64,000 nt of DNA from Takakia lepidozioides (GCA_030704615.1 CM060731.1:45136001-45200000), one strand, 5' to 3'. Shown: positions 1 through 14,021, counted from the stretch's first letter. The notes: generated by a model not told the origin, from the letters alone. A program made the numbers and translations.

Positions 1-3000
1 GTCTGCAAGATATTGTACTGAAACGCTATGCAGCATAACTCTAGCCTCACTCTACCCTTTTTCTGCTCAAAACCCCAGTGACTACACATGGCAAGCGAAA
101 CCTCAATGAGGTCCGTGTGCAGTCCACAACTCCCCCCTATACAACTCTAATACTTTCCCTTATTTCTTGCATGCATCGACTATGATAGAGAGCAACAAAA
201 ACAGAGCATCAAGAGCAACATCACTGATTATATCCATAAAAGGGTGCAGATATGGACTCAACAGAGCAAGGTTGACAGGCCAAGTACCTGGTCCATCAGC
301 AAGACCCCCACAAATAAAGCACTCCACAGTAACATAGAGTTGGGTGTCACTTTGTAACCCTGGAAATCCCTTCAGAAGCGTAAGTCTGATCGGACCTCTC
401 TCTTTGTCGTTAACCTTCCATGCAATGTCACGTGTTTTCATGCTCCAGAGAATGCGAAATACTGCAAAGATTTATTGATCCAGATTACAGATATGCAGAC
501 TTCGTATATAATGAAAATGAAACTGTATCCTCTCTAGGGTGCTAACTGCAATTTACAGAGGGCCTCACAGTTTCCCTGCATCCACTCCACGGCGACAAAC
601 AGATCAACCAAGGCCCAACAACTCGTACGATATCAGGGAACTCAAGATTCGAGTGCTTGAGAGGTATAAGGGTGCTCAATCTAGTGGTATTTTAGGGGGG
701 TGTTATGTATTGCCATTGGTTCTCCATTTAAGATCACAGTAGTTCCTTCCCATGTGTGCTCATGTGTGGGCACCTGATGTGCCTGATGTATTCCTTTCCC
801 TTTAGCCACTTAGATATTTCAATTCTGAGTTGCGAAAGTCCAAAACGGGGCGCAACGCACAACACCAAGAAATGCTACAGCTCAGAGCTTTTGACCCCTT
901 TGTAGTCTTGTTGTATGTTGATCTAAATCTACACTATGCCTTACTGTGGTTAGTTAGTAACTCTAATCTTTCCAGTCCCTGTTGTTTGTGAGATAACAAA
1001 GCCACATCTGAAATGATGGTGAAGTAATTACATAACAACTATTTTGTTCCTACATATTCCTGGTGACCCACTAATTCCACTTCTCACCATCATTACAATC
1101 CCCAAAACCATGTCCTTTAGCTCTATCATGGTGAGAATGCCTAACGAGTGGACTTCTTCTCTCTTACCAGCATCAGTTATGGCCAGCTCTTCCTTGTTGT
1201 GGGGCTGGGTTATACAAATAGTGGGATTTTCCTCCTCAAATGTAGCTCCTTCATCATACCGCTCGTGTGAATCTTTGACCCATTTTCGGTATTCTTGACA
1301 CAATTGCTCCGGTGTCAAGGTCATGCCGTTCCGTTGTATCACTACATGTACAGGCATATCTGCAACAATTGCTCATGTTTGATTGAGCGCACATCATCTT
1401 ATTAACAAAACTGCATTAGCCTACACAGAAGCTCAACGACTTTATTTTCCTAGCACTTCTTCTGCCTAGCCTTCTTACATGATTATCTTTACTGAAAGGT
1501 GTACTTAAATTATGTTAGCATTCCAAAACAACTTGTATCACTCACAGACTTCTGCATAATTGTACAAAGGTTGGGTATGGCCTCTGTACATATTCTTCTA
1601 CCTACTTCCACACATCCTACATTCATGTCTTTCGAATCCACATTATAAAAGCAGAAAGAGATGCATAATAGTAGAGAGGATAATATTCCAAATTGACCCT
1701 CATGATCTTGTGAATGAAGCTACATCCTAGGGGCTTTACAGGCCAATTGGATTCCACTGCTGAGACAAGTAGGTGACTGGAGAGGGAAAATAGCACCTAC
1801 TTTTCTTGTCTGATTTTGATGAACCTTGTGGGAGCCCAAGAGACATCAAGGCTTCAGTGAAGGCATGCTTTGATAACAAATCTGTCTGCAATGAACAAAA
1901 CACTCTTCAAACACTACCCAATGTAGCGGGGACATTGCCCCTCAAATAGCATCATTAGAGCATCCACCTTTGTGATGACAGTACAGTGCTAAGAATGAAA
2001 GCCAAGTTAGTACCCACAAAGGCCAGAGTTACAAGCCTGCAACAATTTTAGTTATAGATTGATTGATCCAATAGATAGCCTAGCGGTTGGAGCATATGAC
2101 ATAGTGGTTGTGTTCAAAACCACATAAGCATGTTAGATGTCATAAAGGTGGACATCAGTAGCCTTCGGGACCAAGTGACACCATAAGTTACACTTCCTTT
2201 GATGACAAGAGTCCATTTTTTAAAGAAAAATTGATAGACTGATTGCCCTATGAGGACTTCAGAGATTCAGTGCAACAGAATTTGTGGTGAATAGTGAAAC
2301 ACCAGGAGTGACTAACCTTGGAGGTTGTGGGAATAAAACCAGCATCAGTGTCTGCCATCACCCAACCTTCCTTCCGTTAGACCCATGGCCCAGATGGATA
2401 TCAGCACTTTGTTCAGACGACTCTGACTCAGATCCGAGGCACTTCACATTAGCCTACCCTCTTCTATTCTCCGAAACTATCATAGTGGCACAAACAAAGG
2501 AACTCACCAATTAAGGCTTTTACCCGCTTGAAGCATTGCTGGTGCACTTCACTTGCTTTTGATCCCTTCTTTGGTTCCATAAAGGGTAGCCTTTTCTGCA
2601 AATCCACATTCAAACAATCTATCTATCATATGCTCACAATACATACAAGAGTTGAATGCATTTTGCCAGTGGGCTGACCCACAGCTGACCAATTTCTGTT
2701 ATTTCATTTCCAATATGCTTGCGTGACAGAAAAAACGGAGGTATCTACTGGCCTGGAGGCAAAAACAAAGCACCTCCCAGGAATATACCTGATATTTGAA
2801 TTTGCCTAGGAACTAACAACCAGATCCACGAAAGGACTGAGGGTTGGCCAGGATGATCAAAAGCTTGTTGTGAGCATACCCCTCTGGCATCTGGGAGAAG
2901 TCTCCCAAGCCGTCGAAATGTCACCCGAGAAAAGGTCTCAAAATGATCTTCAAAAAGTTCGGCTCCCTCTTCCCTTAGAGATTCTAGTATTAAATCGATT

Positions 3001-6000
3001 GCCTCTTTTCCCTGCACATTCAAGCACATCGAAAGAACTTACTCCTGCAACTTGGCATGTATGGTGTCAAGTATAGATAGTGCATCCCAACACACCATTG
3101 ACCCTACGTCAAAGAGATAGCTGAGTTGGTGAATACCGAAAGTCAATTGCATTCGAATGATGATGCATGTTACAGAATGTACCTAAACTGGATATTGGCT
3201 CAGTTTTCTCTGCCAGTAGGCGATTGACAAAGTACCTTTTCAAAATGAATTTACCCAAAGAAGCTTGAAAATACAGTACCCAAAGCCAGTTGTAAGTTGT
3301 GTTTCATACCTTAGTGATTGGAAAATAATGACAAGTAATGCGTCCGTGCGCTCTGTCTTCAGATGCACTGGCTCCTTCCATTTCTAACAAGTTCACAACT
3401 ATGGTGGTCAATATTTTTTGCAGACAATGCAGCTGTGCCAAAAACGCCACTTCCAAGAGAAGGAGCTGTATTATGTGCTTCAAAATGATGATAGGCAAGA
3501 GAAGGCAAGTGGCAAGTGCTTGATGTAACTTTGGACATTTTTGGAAGTAATTGGTACAACATTGTTGCAAGAGAGACTGTACCTGTTCTGTCTTGGGATT
3601 TTTTAAACTCTAGGTGGATGACGAAAGGGTCACCAACTCCAGAGAGGGAATTGGTGATGGCCACTTCACCCCCCACAACTTCTGCCAGATCCATTTCATT
3701 CACCTGGAAGCACAGATATCCATGATAAGCACTCTCGGATCCACAATTCTTTGGCTCGAGAAGTTCTGTATCGCCACTTAATTGGCTTGAAAAAAATTTC
3801 ATCGTCAGCTGCGCCAGACATGACTTAGATTTTATCCACCTGAGGACATGTCATGCACTGCAGGTGGAAAAAACTAACCTAGATGAGACAAAACCACTGC
3901 AGTTCTTATCCCCTACTGAAGGAAGCATACATCATACCACTCATTGGACACTTGCCATACATTATTTAATTTTAGAAGTAAAACGTCATGCTTCACTGTG
4001 GATGTTATAAAGCTTCATTCTTTTCCTCCCTCACTGTACTTAATTGAGCTACACAGGAAACTCCTATTTTACAAAAACTGGATAAGTTTCCTTACCATTA
4101 TTGTCACTGGCCTTGCAGTTCTGCCAGATGAGCCTCCCTCATCATTCTGGTACAATTTCACAAAAATAATCATCTCAGAACATAAATGAACTCAGACCCT
4201 AAGATCCTCAGCTGGACAAGCCTCCCTTATTGTTCTGATACAATTGAATGTCCCAGGACAGATGAACTTATCAGCTACCAGGCACCTAAAGACCAGCTTA
4301 AACTCCCTATATTGATTCACCTTTTTCCACCTCAACATCACTGCATTGATCCACAAGCACAACGCAGAAATACCTAAACACAGCATCTGGACAGACTCAC
4401 CTGAATGTAGGGAAAGTAGTAATCCTTGAGCTTCCGTCGCACTTCATCTACCTTCCAATCCAGTATCTGTCGGTTCAGGTCTGAAATCTCCACCTATTGA
4501 AGTGAAGTTTAATTGTCAGTCTTGGAAAGAGGGCTAATTTGTGCACATCACAAACTTCCCATTCTGTTGGAAGCGGCGTTCTATGCTCTATCCCCAAGGC
4601 TAATCCCAGAAAAATCTGATGCAGGCAAAATGTATCAGGTTTCAAGATGCTTCCCTTGCAAAAAGTTTTCAAAAGATAGTCCACTCACCTTGGTAAAACT
4701 CCCATGAGGTGACCGACGAAGCTCCTCATCCGTAGGATTGCGAATCTCACCTCCAGTCTGAAACCATCCATTCATGCACATCAGATCTAGGTGCTGCCTG
4801 GTCGCCAACAACAAACCAACCTCATGACAGCTTTTACTTAGTAACAACAAATTCTAGCTTCCATAAGGCTCTTGTGCATCAAAATACAGACCTTCCAGAC
4901 TTTGCCAGCCTTGACCTCCTTCTGCAAGGTATCTTTCACCAGATGTAACACAGCCACCCTTCTTGACACCTGTGTTTTTGAAGACACAGTTATGCTCCTG
5001 TTTGCAAGCAAAACAGAAAGCTGTTACAAAAGACAGTGAGAGAAAACATATTTTCCGAAGTTCTTTAGTCTTTCATGTTAAAGGATGCCCGTGCAATGAA
5101 AACTGGTAAAGGGGGGTTTAGGAGTTACTGACCTCCCAAGATGGAGGCCGGCACCAATTCCTCCAAAGCCATACATGCCAAAATGTGGCTGCACAAACAG
5201 ATCACTTTCATGAGAGCAGACTGTAAAACCCCCTCTTCAGCTTTGAGTCAAAACCGAATGGAAAGTCTGCAGGCTGCAGCTATACTATGAGGTCAAATTT
5301 TGGGAGTTCCTTCTCCAGCCGAAATAAGACATAATAAATATCGACTGACCAAGACCTCCAGATAGGTTGGGTGACAAAGCCAGCTGTCCCCTCCCTGCAG
5401 AGGAAAGCCACTCCTGGTGTCTGTAAAGTTCCTCAAAAAGGAAGAAAGTTTCTACACTAATAACAGAAGACACAGTCACAGAGGTTTCACCTTCAGATAG
5501 GGAGGTTCTCCTCCGATAGCATCAGACATGGAATGCCGGTTCGTGGAGCTTCCTATTATACCCCTGCATGTTCCACACAGCAAAGATTTCAAATGAAAAT
5601 TCTTATGGACGTCAATTCTCTCCCAATGCCAATTTGGCCCTGGAAATTTGCTACTTGCTACAGCTCAGTGCAACACAGATCCCCAATTGTTGAATGCAAA
5701 ACCTATAAATATACAGGGTGCTGCTGTACCACTTTGAGATGGATCGCTCTGGAGAACTGTCCATGCCTTTGCCAGTGTCGAAAATCGTGATCTTTCCCTC
5801 CCGGTGGTCCAAGTCCACCCTGCACATTCCACGATACATTCCAATTCCGGTTTACAGTTCATGCATAATCTCCTCTCCTCATTTCACACATAGACAGCTA
5901 CATTCACCATCCCTGGTCCGCCTGTCTTCCCAGGACAGTTTGGGAAAAAGAAGCTCACCAGATAAAAGGTGACTTTCCCTTTAATTCTGACACAGCTTGC

Positions 6001-7200
6001 AGTGAATTGTCCTGTTCACCCAAGACAAATGTTCATTAGAAAACACGTGCTTTTGATCTGTACGAATTGAGAACATTAACTTTCAAAAATAGGCTTGCAA
6101 GGGATGTGAACCCACCAACTCATCAGCCAACGCAGAGAAGAAGGTGTAATCCTGAGGGAGCGCAGTGAGCATCTGGGGCTCCGGTGTCACATTCCAGAGA
6201 CCCTGCGGTAAACACCATCGCAAAGCCACACTACTGTCATAGTCTCTCAACAAGCTCCGAGAGGGAAAATTTACTTTTACTGGTCACAAAAAGACAAACA
6301 CAACAAGGCTAGCCAGACCCTGATGTAAAGCCATCCCCACTGGCAAATAGCCCAACTCAACTTCGCTTTAAGCCGCTCCTATACTGAGAAGAGGAAACAG
6401 ATTGAGTATTACCTTGTGAGTATGTACGGAATTAGGCCCACCATCCTGTCAACAAGGCAACCAATTCAGGGACCGAGAAGTTTGAGCATCCTTGAAGTGC
6501 AATTTGACATCACAGACATTAAATGACCATCAAACACGGGTTCTTGTGTGTATCAGGGCCTAAAGGATAATACTACGTCCAAGTATCTCATACAAGCCTG
6601 CATGCATTCAGGCGGGCGACGAGATTGGATTGAACACAAAATTCCAGGTCGATGTCGAACGACTAAACAAAAAATTATCGTGATGATTCATGCAGGGCGA
6701 ATTGGCACCTGCAAGAAGAGAGTTTGAGGCGAATCTGAATCCTCCGAGGAGAAATCACCATCCTCCATCTTCTGGTGGTGCATGTCTTCAAGATAGACAT
6801 GCGGACCCCACATAATTTGACGCTGTTTCTTCTTCCCACTCTTGACCGAAGCGCTATCCACAGTCTCTCTGATCAACTGCACAAACCCAGCTGCAGACAT
6901 CCTACCAACTCTCCCACTATCCACTTTCATATCAACAGACGACCCATTCGGCAACAGCACCAAAAATTCACGAACGGGAGGACGGGTCGCCTCAGCGACC
7001 TCTCCCCCGTCTTCCTCCGGAAGAAAATTCAGCTTCCTCCGAATGACTCTGGACCCACCCTCTTCTCGTGGACTCCCAGATTCTACAGCGGCCACTGGAG
7101 ACATCGCAAGAGGGGTGTGCGACCCCCCATCTTGCAAATTGTTCCTCAGCACCACATTCCTCCGTTTGTTGTGCTTCGACGTCGATGGAGGGGTCTCCAT
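1..7200 (-). CDS. GMI1: GMI1 / SMCHD1-like GHKL-ATPase (SMC hinge) protein; multi-exon, 5' portion only, continues beyond position 1
   Basis: GT-AG exons give METPPS..REFLVLLPNG (7200-6709), DGGPNSVHTHK (6445-6413), GLWNVTPEPQMLTALPQDYTFFSALADEL (6202-6116), DNSLQAV (GHKL motif I), ITIFDTGKGMD (GHKL motif II) and PHFGMYGFGGIGAGLHLG. Later exons give SPHGSFTKV, KLKDYYFPYIQ, FETFSRVTFRRLGRLLPDAR, LPFMEP..RVKALI/DTDAGFIPTTSK/TDLLSKH. All match my recollection of the plant GMI1 N-terminal region. Confidence 0.9.
695..1037 (+). mobile_element. 3' LTR (701-1037) with polypurine tract of a truncated LTR retrotransposon, in a GMI1 intron, antisense to the gene
   Basis: AGGGGGG (695-700) is immediately followed by TGTTATGTA (701) ... 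TACATAACA (1037), a 9-bp terminal inverted repeat with TG...CA ends. No 5' LTR or TSD found. Confidence 0.75.
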
Positions 7201-8478
7201 CTCAAATTCACCAGGACTTCACCAGTGCGATACTACCATGCGAGCGAGAGAGATCCACCAAGCTAGACCCACGCCCGAAATCTGATAAGCACGCACAACT
7301 CTCTTCCTCTCTACTGCAGCTTCGCGAGACAAGAGAGAGAGAGAGGCCCCACCAAGGGCGTGATGGCAGACAATCTGTAGGAACTCTGCCATGGCTGCAG
7401 GCAGTGCAAACGTCCAGCGCCGCCAGCAGCTGTCGCTTGCATTATGACCGTTGCACTTTTCCGCTCTCTCCACGTGCGAAACTCAATCGGCACAAGCCTC
7501 TGCCAGGAGTTGAACCCGGGACGGCTCTTCCTGTCAGCCCTAATATTAATAATATGAATCTCCAGCGAACTATCGTTAATAGTTGCAACCCCCAAATTAG
7601 AATCAGGCACCGTGTTAGAGTATCGAACACGGGACCCAGCGCTTGTGCCGCTATAGCCATTAGGGCAGGTCTGGCGATAACACACATGAAGGGCCGTCGG
7701 GAAATAAATAACGCTTCAATAACCCTCAATGAATGGTTGGATGAACGTTCTGCCATCCGTTTGACGATCAACGATCTATTGGATTAGATGAATGATATCC
7801 GGTACTGGCGCCGGAGCATTCATCCGTTCCAAGTTACAAGACTCCGTTTTGTTCCCATGATGTTCGCGGCTTTGAGATGCTGTTCTCAAAGGGAACGGAT
7901 AGGGAACAGGTGGGGTTCGGGGTTTAGGAGAGAGACGAAGTGAAGGAGGGAGAGGGAGGAGAGGGATCAGTGGTGAAAGGGTTGGGTTTTGTCTGCGTTC
8001 TTTGATTTGGTCTGCAAGGAAGGACGGAGGCCGGTGGATGATGGCCTCGCAAATGCGCGCATGTGTTGCGCTTTCGTGTTCATCGCATGTGTCCGTCGGA
8101 GTGCGTCGATGCTCGTCGCTGGCTTCTTCTTCCAAGACGTTCAATTGTGAGGGACAGGTATCTCTCCTTGATCTGTAACTCACTCTACTGGGTTTCGTTC
8201 AAATTGGGCTCATTGCAAGCGGTTTCCCGAAACCAGTTTCTAAAAGCCTATTGGCATTTCATGATGTAGGGAATAGTGGATGGCACTCACATTTTATGTT
8301 GGCTCTGTTGGTAGAGGTTCTGAATGGCAGCTGGATCTCGCTGTCTCTCTTCTGCCTCTGGTTTCTCCCGCAGCCGTAAGGAGGATTTTCAAAGCCGCAT
8401 CCATTTCCACCATTAGTGAAAATTCTCCCTCTCTTAGGATCTCTCAAACAACATTGCATTGTGTATTATGAGCATTAG

Positions 8479-9416
8479 ATGGTCAAGTTGGTTGGACTTC
8501 TGAACCTGCATTGTGGTGAAACAGAGTGTTCTGACACCAAATTTTATGGTGGTTGGCTTGTAACCCTACCGGCCTACTTCCTCCAGAGACAGTGGGGCCC
8601 AAATTCGTTTGACTTGCAAACATCACCAAAGTCTCGTATTCGTAGGTTTCATGCATCGTCGGCAACGAGCAATTCCGGTCCAAAGCAACAGAGTGGAGGA
8701 GAGAGCCCACGAAGGTTGATGTCAACTCTATGGTCAAAGGCCCCTGAACCGCTGCGGAAATTCCCCTGGGGTGAGGCCTTCAGTGTATTTGTAGGGAGGG
8801 TGTTGGATATTGTATGGGTCACTGGAAAATGGCTGGCAATTCCAATGCTGCTTGTATCCGCCCTGAGCGAGCTCTCCTACACCCTCGTGCAGAAGCAACC
8901 ACTTATGATTCCCATCGGTATGGTTGGTGGATTCGCTTTTGCTGGAATCATGAAAGAAACCATCGTTGAATTTGCGCCGGACATCCAGGTAAACCTTTCT
9001 TTTGGTCTGATGCATTTGCTGGGACAATATCCAGAATGAAGATATATTTTCTTGGGTTAGTTCCTGCACCGTGTGGAATCTGGACTGAGACTGTGGCAGC
9101 AAGCTTTATTCAACGTGATTTAGGTTGTAAGCCATGTCTGCAGGTCGGTTTCGTGGCCTGGCCTCCTTCTCTCACTTTACTGATAAGCCGCGGCTTCTGT
9201 GTTGGCTACTCTCACCAATGTTTTGCATTCTGCCAGCAGAAAGGAGAGCGCCCTTGGCACTTGCTTGCAATAGGCATGGTTTTTGTGCTCATCAAAGCTG
9301 CTGGCCCTTATCTCCCTCTCTGGGGTCGGGTCATCCTACCCCAATTTGCAAATGGTGGGCTGATACAGGTTCTCCACGACTGGAGAAGGCGGCAAGCTAC
9401 AAGTACACAGCAGTAG
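8479..9416 (+). CDS. EMB1273: EMB1273-like plastid-targeted membrane protein, 2 exons (8479-8988; 9237/9240-9416)
   Basis: Transit-peptide-like N-terminus, then PEPLRKFPW..F..LD..K.L..P.L.VS.LSE.SY and PWHLLAIGMVFVLIKAAGPYLPLWGRVILPQFANGGL. This resembles Arabidopsis At1g49510 as recalled. GT donor at 8989; NAGNAG acceptor at 9234-9239. Confidence 0.7.
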
Positions 9417-10217
9417 AATAGTGATAGAGCATGTGGATTAGAGTGTCCCAGTCTTATTTGAGCAATGTTACAAAAAATAAAATAAAGGCAATGTGTGGTT
9501 TGTGGATCAGTATGGATGAGTGTTAAAGACCGTCTACCTTGCATTCTGACAAAGAGCATACTTTGGTTGTGATTACTGTTCCCACACTCCTGGATGGTTG
9601 GACAGATGGGTTGCCTGGTTATCACTCCCAGAAACATGCTGTGGTGGTGTTGTGAGTAGGCAGCTACAGGCATATGAAATTCTGCATGATGGTAATCTGG
9701 TTATTCAGGAGTGGTATGTTCCACTGTGCAATACTTTATATAGATATAATATCAAATCTATAATAAATTCATCCGGCGTCAGGAGTCACAGACTATTACT
9801 ATCTCTGGCTAGAGCCTACTTAAGCAAGCACTATCCCCCCAGACTGGGTCCAGAGGGTTGTGCAATTACAGGTATCCATTGATGAGTTGACAGGTAGTTT
9901 CTGGGATTACCCAATCCTAGTCTCGAGGGAGGATTTAGTGCTCAACCTGGTAAACATGGCTAAAAAGGTGGATCTGGCGGTGAAAGACATCTATGCAACC
10001 TTCAGCTCCGTGGAAAAGGTTGTTCATGAGTAGCATCTCACACTTGCTGTTTCATCTCAGGCCTCCTCCTGAGGCCTGCAAAGAAACGAAAGTTACCGCG
10101 TAGCCAAGCTAAAACAATCAAAACAAAAACAAATGCGCACACAACCCAAAACAGCGAGTAGTTTGACACATTTTCTTGTGGTAAAACCCCGGCGCTCTTT
10201 GATACACCCCGGCCGGT

Positions 10218-11606
10218 TCATAGTTCCGCATCTGAACTATGCTTTCCATCACCCGTCTTTGCAGAGAGCAGTTTTTTCAGATGTCCACTTTCATATGCAT
10301 TCACAGTGTCTGCAAACAGTGCATCAACTACATGAGATTCATGAATGCCGCCACGGTCTGGCACTCTCACAAGCATTGAAAAAAAGCGGAAGTTAGCCAG
10401 ACTTTCCATGAAAACCTTGGGAGGAAGGGCGACAGAGAAAGAAGGATATAACCTATAAAAGAACCTTAGCTTTCTCACTCTTCTCCCAATTGCCTAGCCC
10501 TGGTAGTGGTTGTCAGCACTGCGACTGTAACCCTCTTCCTGAATATAAATGCGGCGGCTGTGGCTGAGGTTGCCATGCCAGCTGCAAAGTGGCAAGAAAA
10601 GGCCTGAGGGGGAGGGGAGAGAGAGAGAGAGAGAGTACCATCTGATCCCCCCAAGTATTTGCCATTGATGAACACTTGGGGTACAGTGCGGCGGCCTATC
10701 AACTCCTGCAAAGCCTGCTGGATGGATTCTCCATCCTCTGCATGCATGAGACCATGGTTAGCTCACACATTTAGCCATTTCAAAACAACCATCTGTCTGC
10801 TGAGTTCTATGCATCATCAGATGGTACGCAAAAGAGGTGACCACGTAACAAATTCACAGTGTTAGTCTCCTTCCCTTTGTAACAGACTTCAAAAACAGAT
10901 GGAGAGTTTGTTGCTTTATATACCTCGCAAATCAAGCTCCAACACGTGGGGAGTTTCCTTCATCTCCGCGAAAACTGCCTTGGCTCGCTTGCAGTATCTG
11001 CACTTGACAGAGCATCCGATTAGCCGACGTAAACACTTGCAAACACTCATTGTATATCTGTTGTTCAGGCTTTTGGGGGCGAGTCATGTTGAACTATGAA
11101 GGCCATCGGCGATATCCATGTAGGAGTCATAATGTTTGTCTTATATTTTGAGAAAGGCAGCATGGAAGTCGAAGCTCACAGATCAAACACCGTTCTTACG
11201 CAGTCGACCTTCCTATTTGAGGATCTGGTAGTGAGCTAAAAGTAGCCTAATTGAACGAAGATACACTACCCTTCATGCTGCCGCAGGAGAAAAATGAATC
11301 CTCTCGACGATGAATCATATACCAGAAAACTAATTCACTTCGCTTCTCAGACGACAACCAATACTCAACCTACCTGACAATGCCGCCCATAGATTTGTCA
11401 ATGGGTCATTGAAGCAGTGATCTAAACATTAATCAAACCAGAAAAGTCAAAGCGAAAGTAACTCACGGGCAATACGACTTGGAGAAGACCACAATGGGAT
11501 GCTGGGCGACCGTCTGCTTCACAAACTCCAAAGAATCGTCTGCAGAGGCTTGCTGCAGCAGGAGCATGGCAATCAGCATCAACACAAAAGCACTTTTCAC
11601 CGCCAT
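10218..11606 (-). CDS. CPYC-type class I glutaredoxin (GRXC3/C4-like) with signal peptide, 4 exons
   Basis: Exons: [47 protein letters not shown] (11606-~11467) / [24 protein letters not shown] / [33 protein letters not shown] / [15 protein letters not shown]...SDAEL*. CPYC, TVP and GGSD motifs present; KDEL-like C-terminus. Confidence 0.95.
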
Positions 11607-11935
11607 CTCTGCAAGAAAACCTGACCCAATGCTCTAAGAATCTGGAAACGATGATCCGATGATCTGATGATCTAAGCGAGCCCAGAGCGAGCTGAAGCTT
11701 CCAACCATGTACCCTGGTCTCGTCACGACCAGGTGTTGTCGTTCACGAGACGTCGGCGGAAACGTCAATCGTCAGTCAATCGTCAAGTTTCTTTTTCTGT
11801 CTATTCTAGAAGGGGCCCAACCATGGATCGTGGCGATGCCGGTTCTAGAATCTTACACATTTGGGATGTGAAGACAGCAGTCTGACGACATGATAGTTCC
11901 AAGCTTGACCTGGATAAGAATGGAGATGAAGGATG

Positions 11936-12677
11936 CTACATTTTGTTCACTCTTTTTGTGTGCTTGTTAATTACCTCCTTAGAATCGTCTGGGTCTTGAG
12001 GGTTTGTGGTGCGAGCTCCAAGAGGCACATCCCCAATTAGCCATCCCCACACGCTTCTAAGAACTTCGATAGCTTCATCTTCCATTGAAATGCTATCAAA
12101 GTGGATTCGTGGTTGCTCTTGCCAATCTTCACGCCCAACTCTGTCTGGTGCTCCATATGTGCTAGCCAGGATGGGCTTTAACGAGAATCCAGGGAATGGG
12201 TTTTTCAAGCCTTCGATCGAATGTGCATGTGTTTGTGTATTACTGAACAATCCCTCTTGTGTCCGATCAATCTGCCACACAAGGTCTGATTGACTGCCGC
12301 CATTGTTGCCTCTATGTGGAAGGCAATCGAAATAAAGCGATTGTGATATGTGCGTATGATAGTAGGCAACTTGTAGGGGATAAAATTTCGATCCATCCCT
12401 ACATTGTTTTGTCAGTGTGTCTAATTGTTCATCTTTCTTTCTTGAGAAGTGTGATAAACTTGTGCGAGCCATCTCTGAAGTACTTGTAAAGCCCGTAGTC
12501 CCCTTGTGGAATGGAGACGACTGTTGGGCATAGATTTTCTTTGGATTCGAACGCTGTGCGGACAAATCCTGTGCATTCAGTTTCCTTGGAAGCTCCCAAT
12601 ACGAAATTCTCCGCCAATTGTCTTGCAGTTTGTCCTCCACTGGCCAATCTTGTGATGGCTGCCTGAGGAAAGTTCAT
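11936..12677 (-). other. Unassigned overlapping ORFs (234 aa and 82 aa); possible orphan gene or degraded pseudogene
   Basis: Long open frame with protein-like composition, but no motif I can recognise and no clear splice model. Confidence 0.2.
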
Positions 12678-14021
12678 CTATGTCTTCAAGAAGAGGCCAT
12701 AGACCACTGTTTTGCATAGCTTACAAGTGGTCCATGGGCCCTCCTGAGTTAAGTCATGTCAGGCTTAATGGGGTACTCTATGTACAATCTCTGTGCAACA
12801 CACACCGTAACCCTGCACAAACTGGGGGCAATTTGCAGCTCATCTTGAAGAGAGGTAAATGGACATACAAAAATCCCGATGTATTCCACGCTCTCTTTTT
12901 CCCGCTCTAGTATACTTCTTGCTGAATTGCAGGTTCTTCTTTCAGCTCCATGCATGATCCTGATTAAATATCGGCATCGGTCCAGACTATGCTCCACTTC
13001 ACATAGTGGCTGTTGTGGCTGCGGCTTATATGGACTGAATTGAATCGGTCATAACAACAGCCATCTTTTTCAACTTCCGCATCTCCAGTTGCCTGCTGGG
13101 TTGATCTAGACGCGGTAGCTGGCTGCCAGTGAGAGCAGGGTGCCAGCACGAACTAAACCCTTTGGCCACCTTGTGATGCTTTCAGTGAGACGACTGAAGT
13201 CACGACTCCTGAAATCTCGAACACGAAAAGACAAGATTTCTCGGCAGACTGCACCTCCTCGTCACAGTCAACTGGGGATACTGAGCCTTCATCGTTTCAC
13301 GGAAGGCTGCTCGGCATTGGCGCAGATCTCGAGGCCACATACCACTCCTACATATATGTAGTTTCTACTGGAACTAGTGTTGGGCAGATTCAATACCTAT
13401 TGGCATTAGGGGCCGGGCTGTGGAGCTGAACATTACATTTTCTAGAACTCATACACAAACCTTGGAAACTCGTTGTCGCAGCGTTCGATGAGATCTCAGC
13501 ATGCCCTTTGATTCTTGTTTTCCTGTCAACGCTCCCTGTGGGCACCACCATTGCACTGAAGTTGCTGGGCGATCTGCGAATACCAAGTGATACATTGAAA
13601 AAAAGTGCAAAGTGCAATGATTCCGATGCTCACTGTGGCCACGTGGTGCTGCCAGTATCATTCTGTTGGTCGGCGGGACGGTGCGAAGGAAGAGAGAAAC
13701 AGAATGAAGGAAGGAAGGAAGGAAGGAAAAGCTTGAAAACACAACCATAGACAGTGGTCAGGCCAGTGTGACACTTGAGGAAATAGAAATATTTACTGTG
13801 CTAGCGAGGAGGGAGGGAGGACTTTGGCCGAGGGAAACAGAGCGAAGGTCAGGCTTGTAGGGGAGAGAGACAAATCAGACTCCGGGGACAGATAGAGGCG
13901 ATTTCTCAAACTATCCGCAGGCAGTAAAAGCACCTGGGTTGGCGCAGAAAGAGAACACAGAGGAAAAGCGTGGTTAGCACGCTTTCTCAATAGAGAGAGC
14001 TGCTGAGGTAGATATTGTCGA

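Noticed and set aside
7320-7333. SOG1-type CTT(N)7AAG site upstream of GMI1
   Set aside because: The spacing is 8 nt (CTTCGCGAGACAAG), not 7.
7494-7530. tRNA gene on the - strand
   Set aside because: Only a T-arm-like piece; no matching acceptor, D or anticodon arms. Kept only as part of a low-confidence finding.
6775-7787. + strand ORFs overlapping GMI1 exon 1 and its promoter
   Set aside because: Antisense shadows of a GC-rich coding exon; no domain evidence.
9830-9939. CACTA...TAGTG mini-element or hairpin
   Set aside because: Arms are only loosely complementary and there is no 3-bp TSD.
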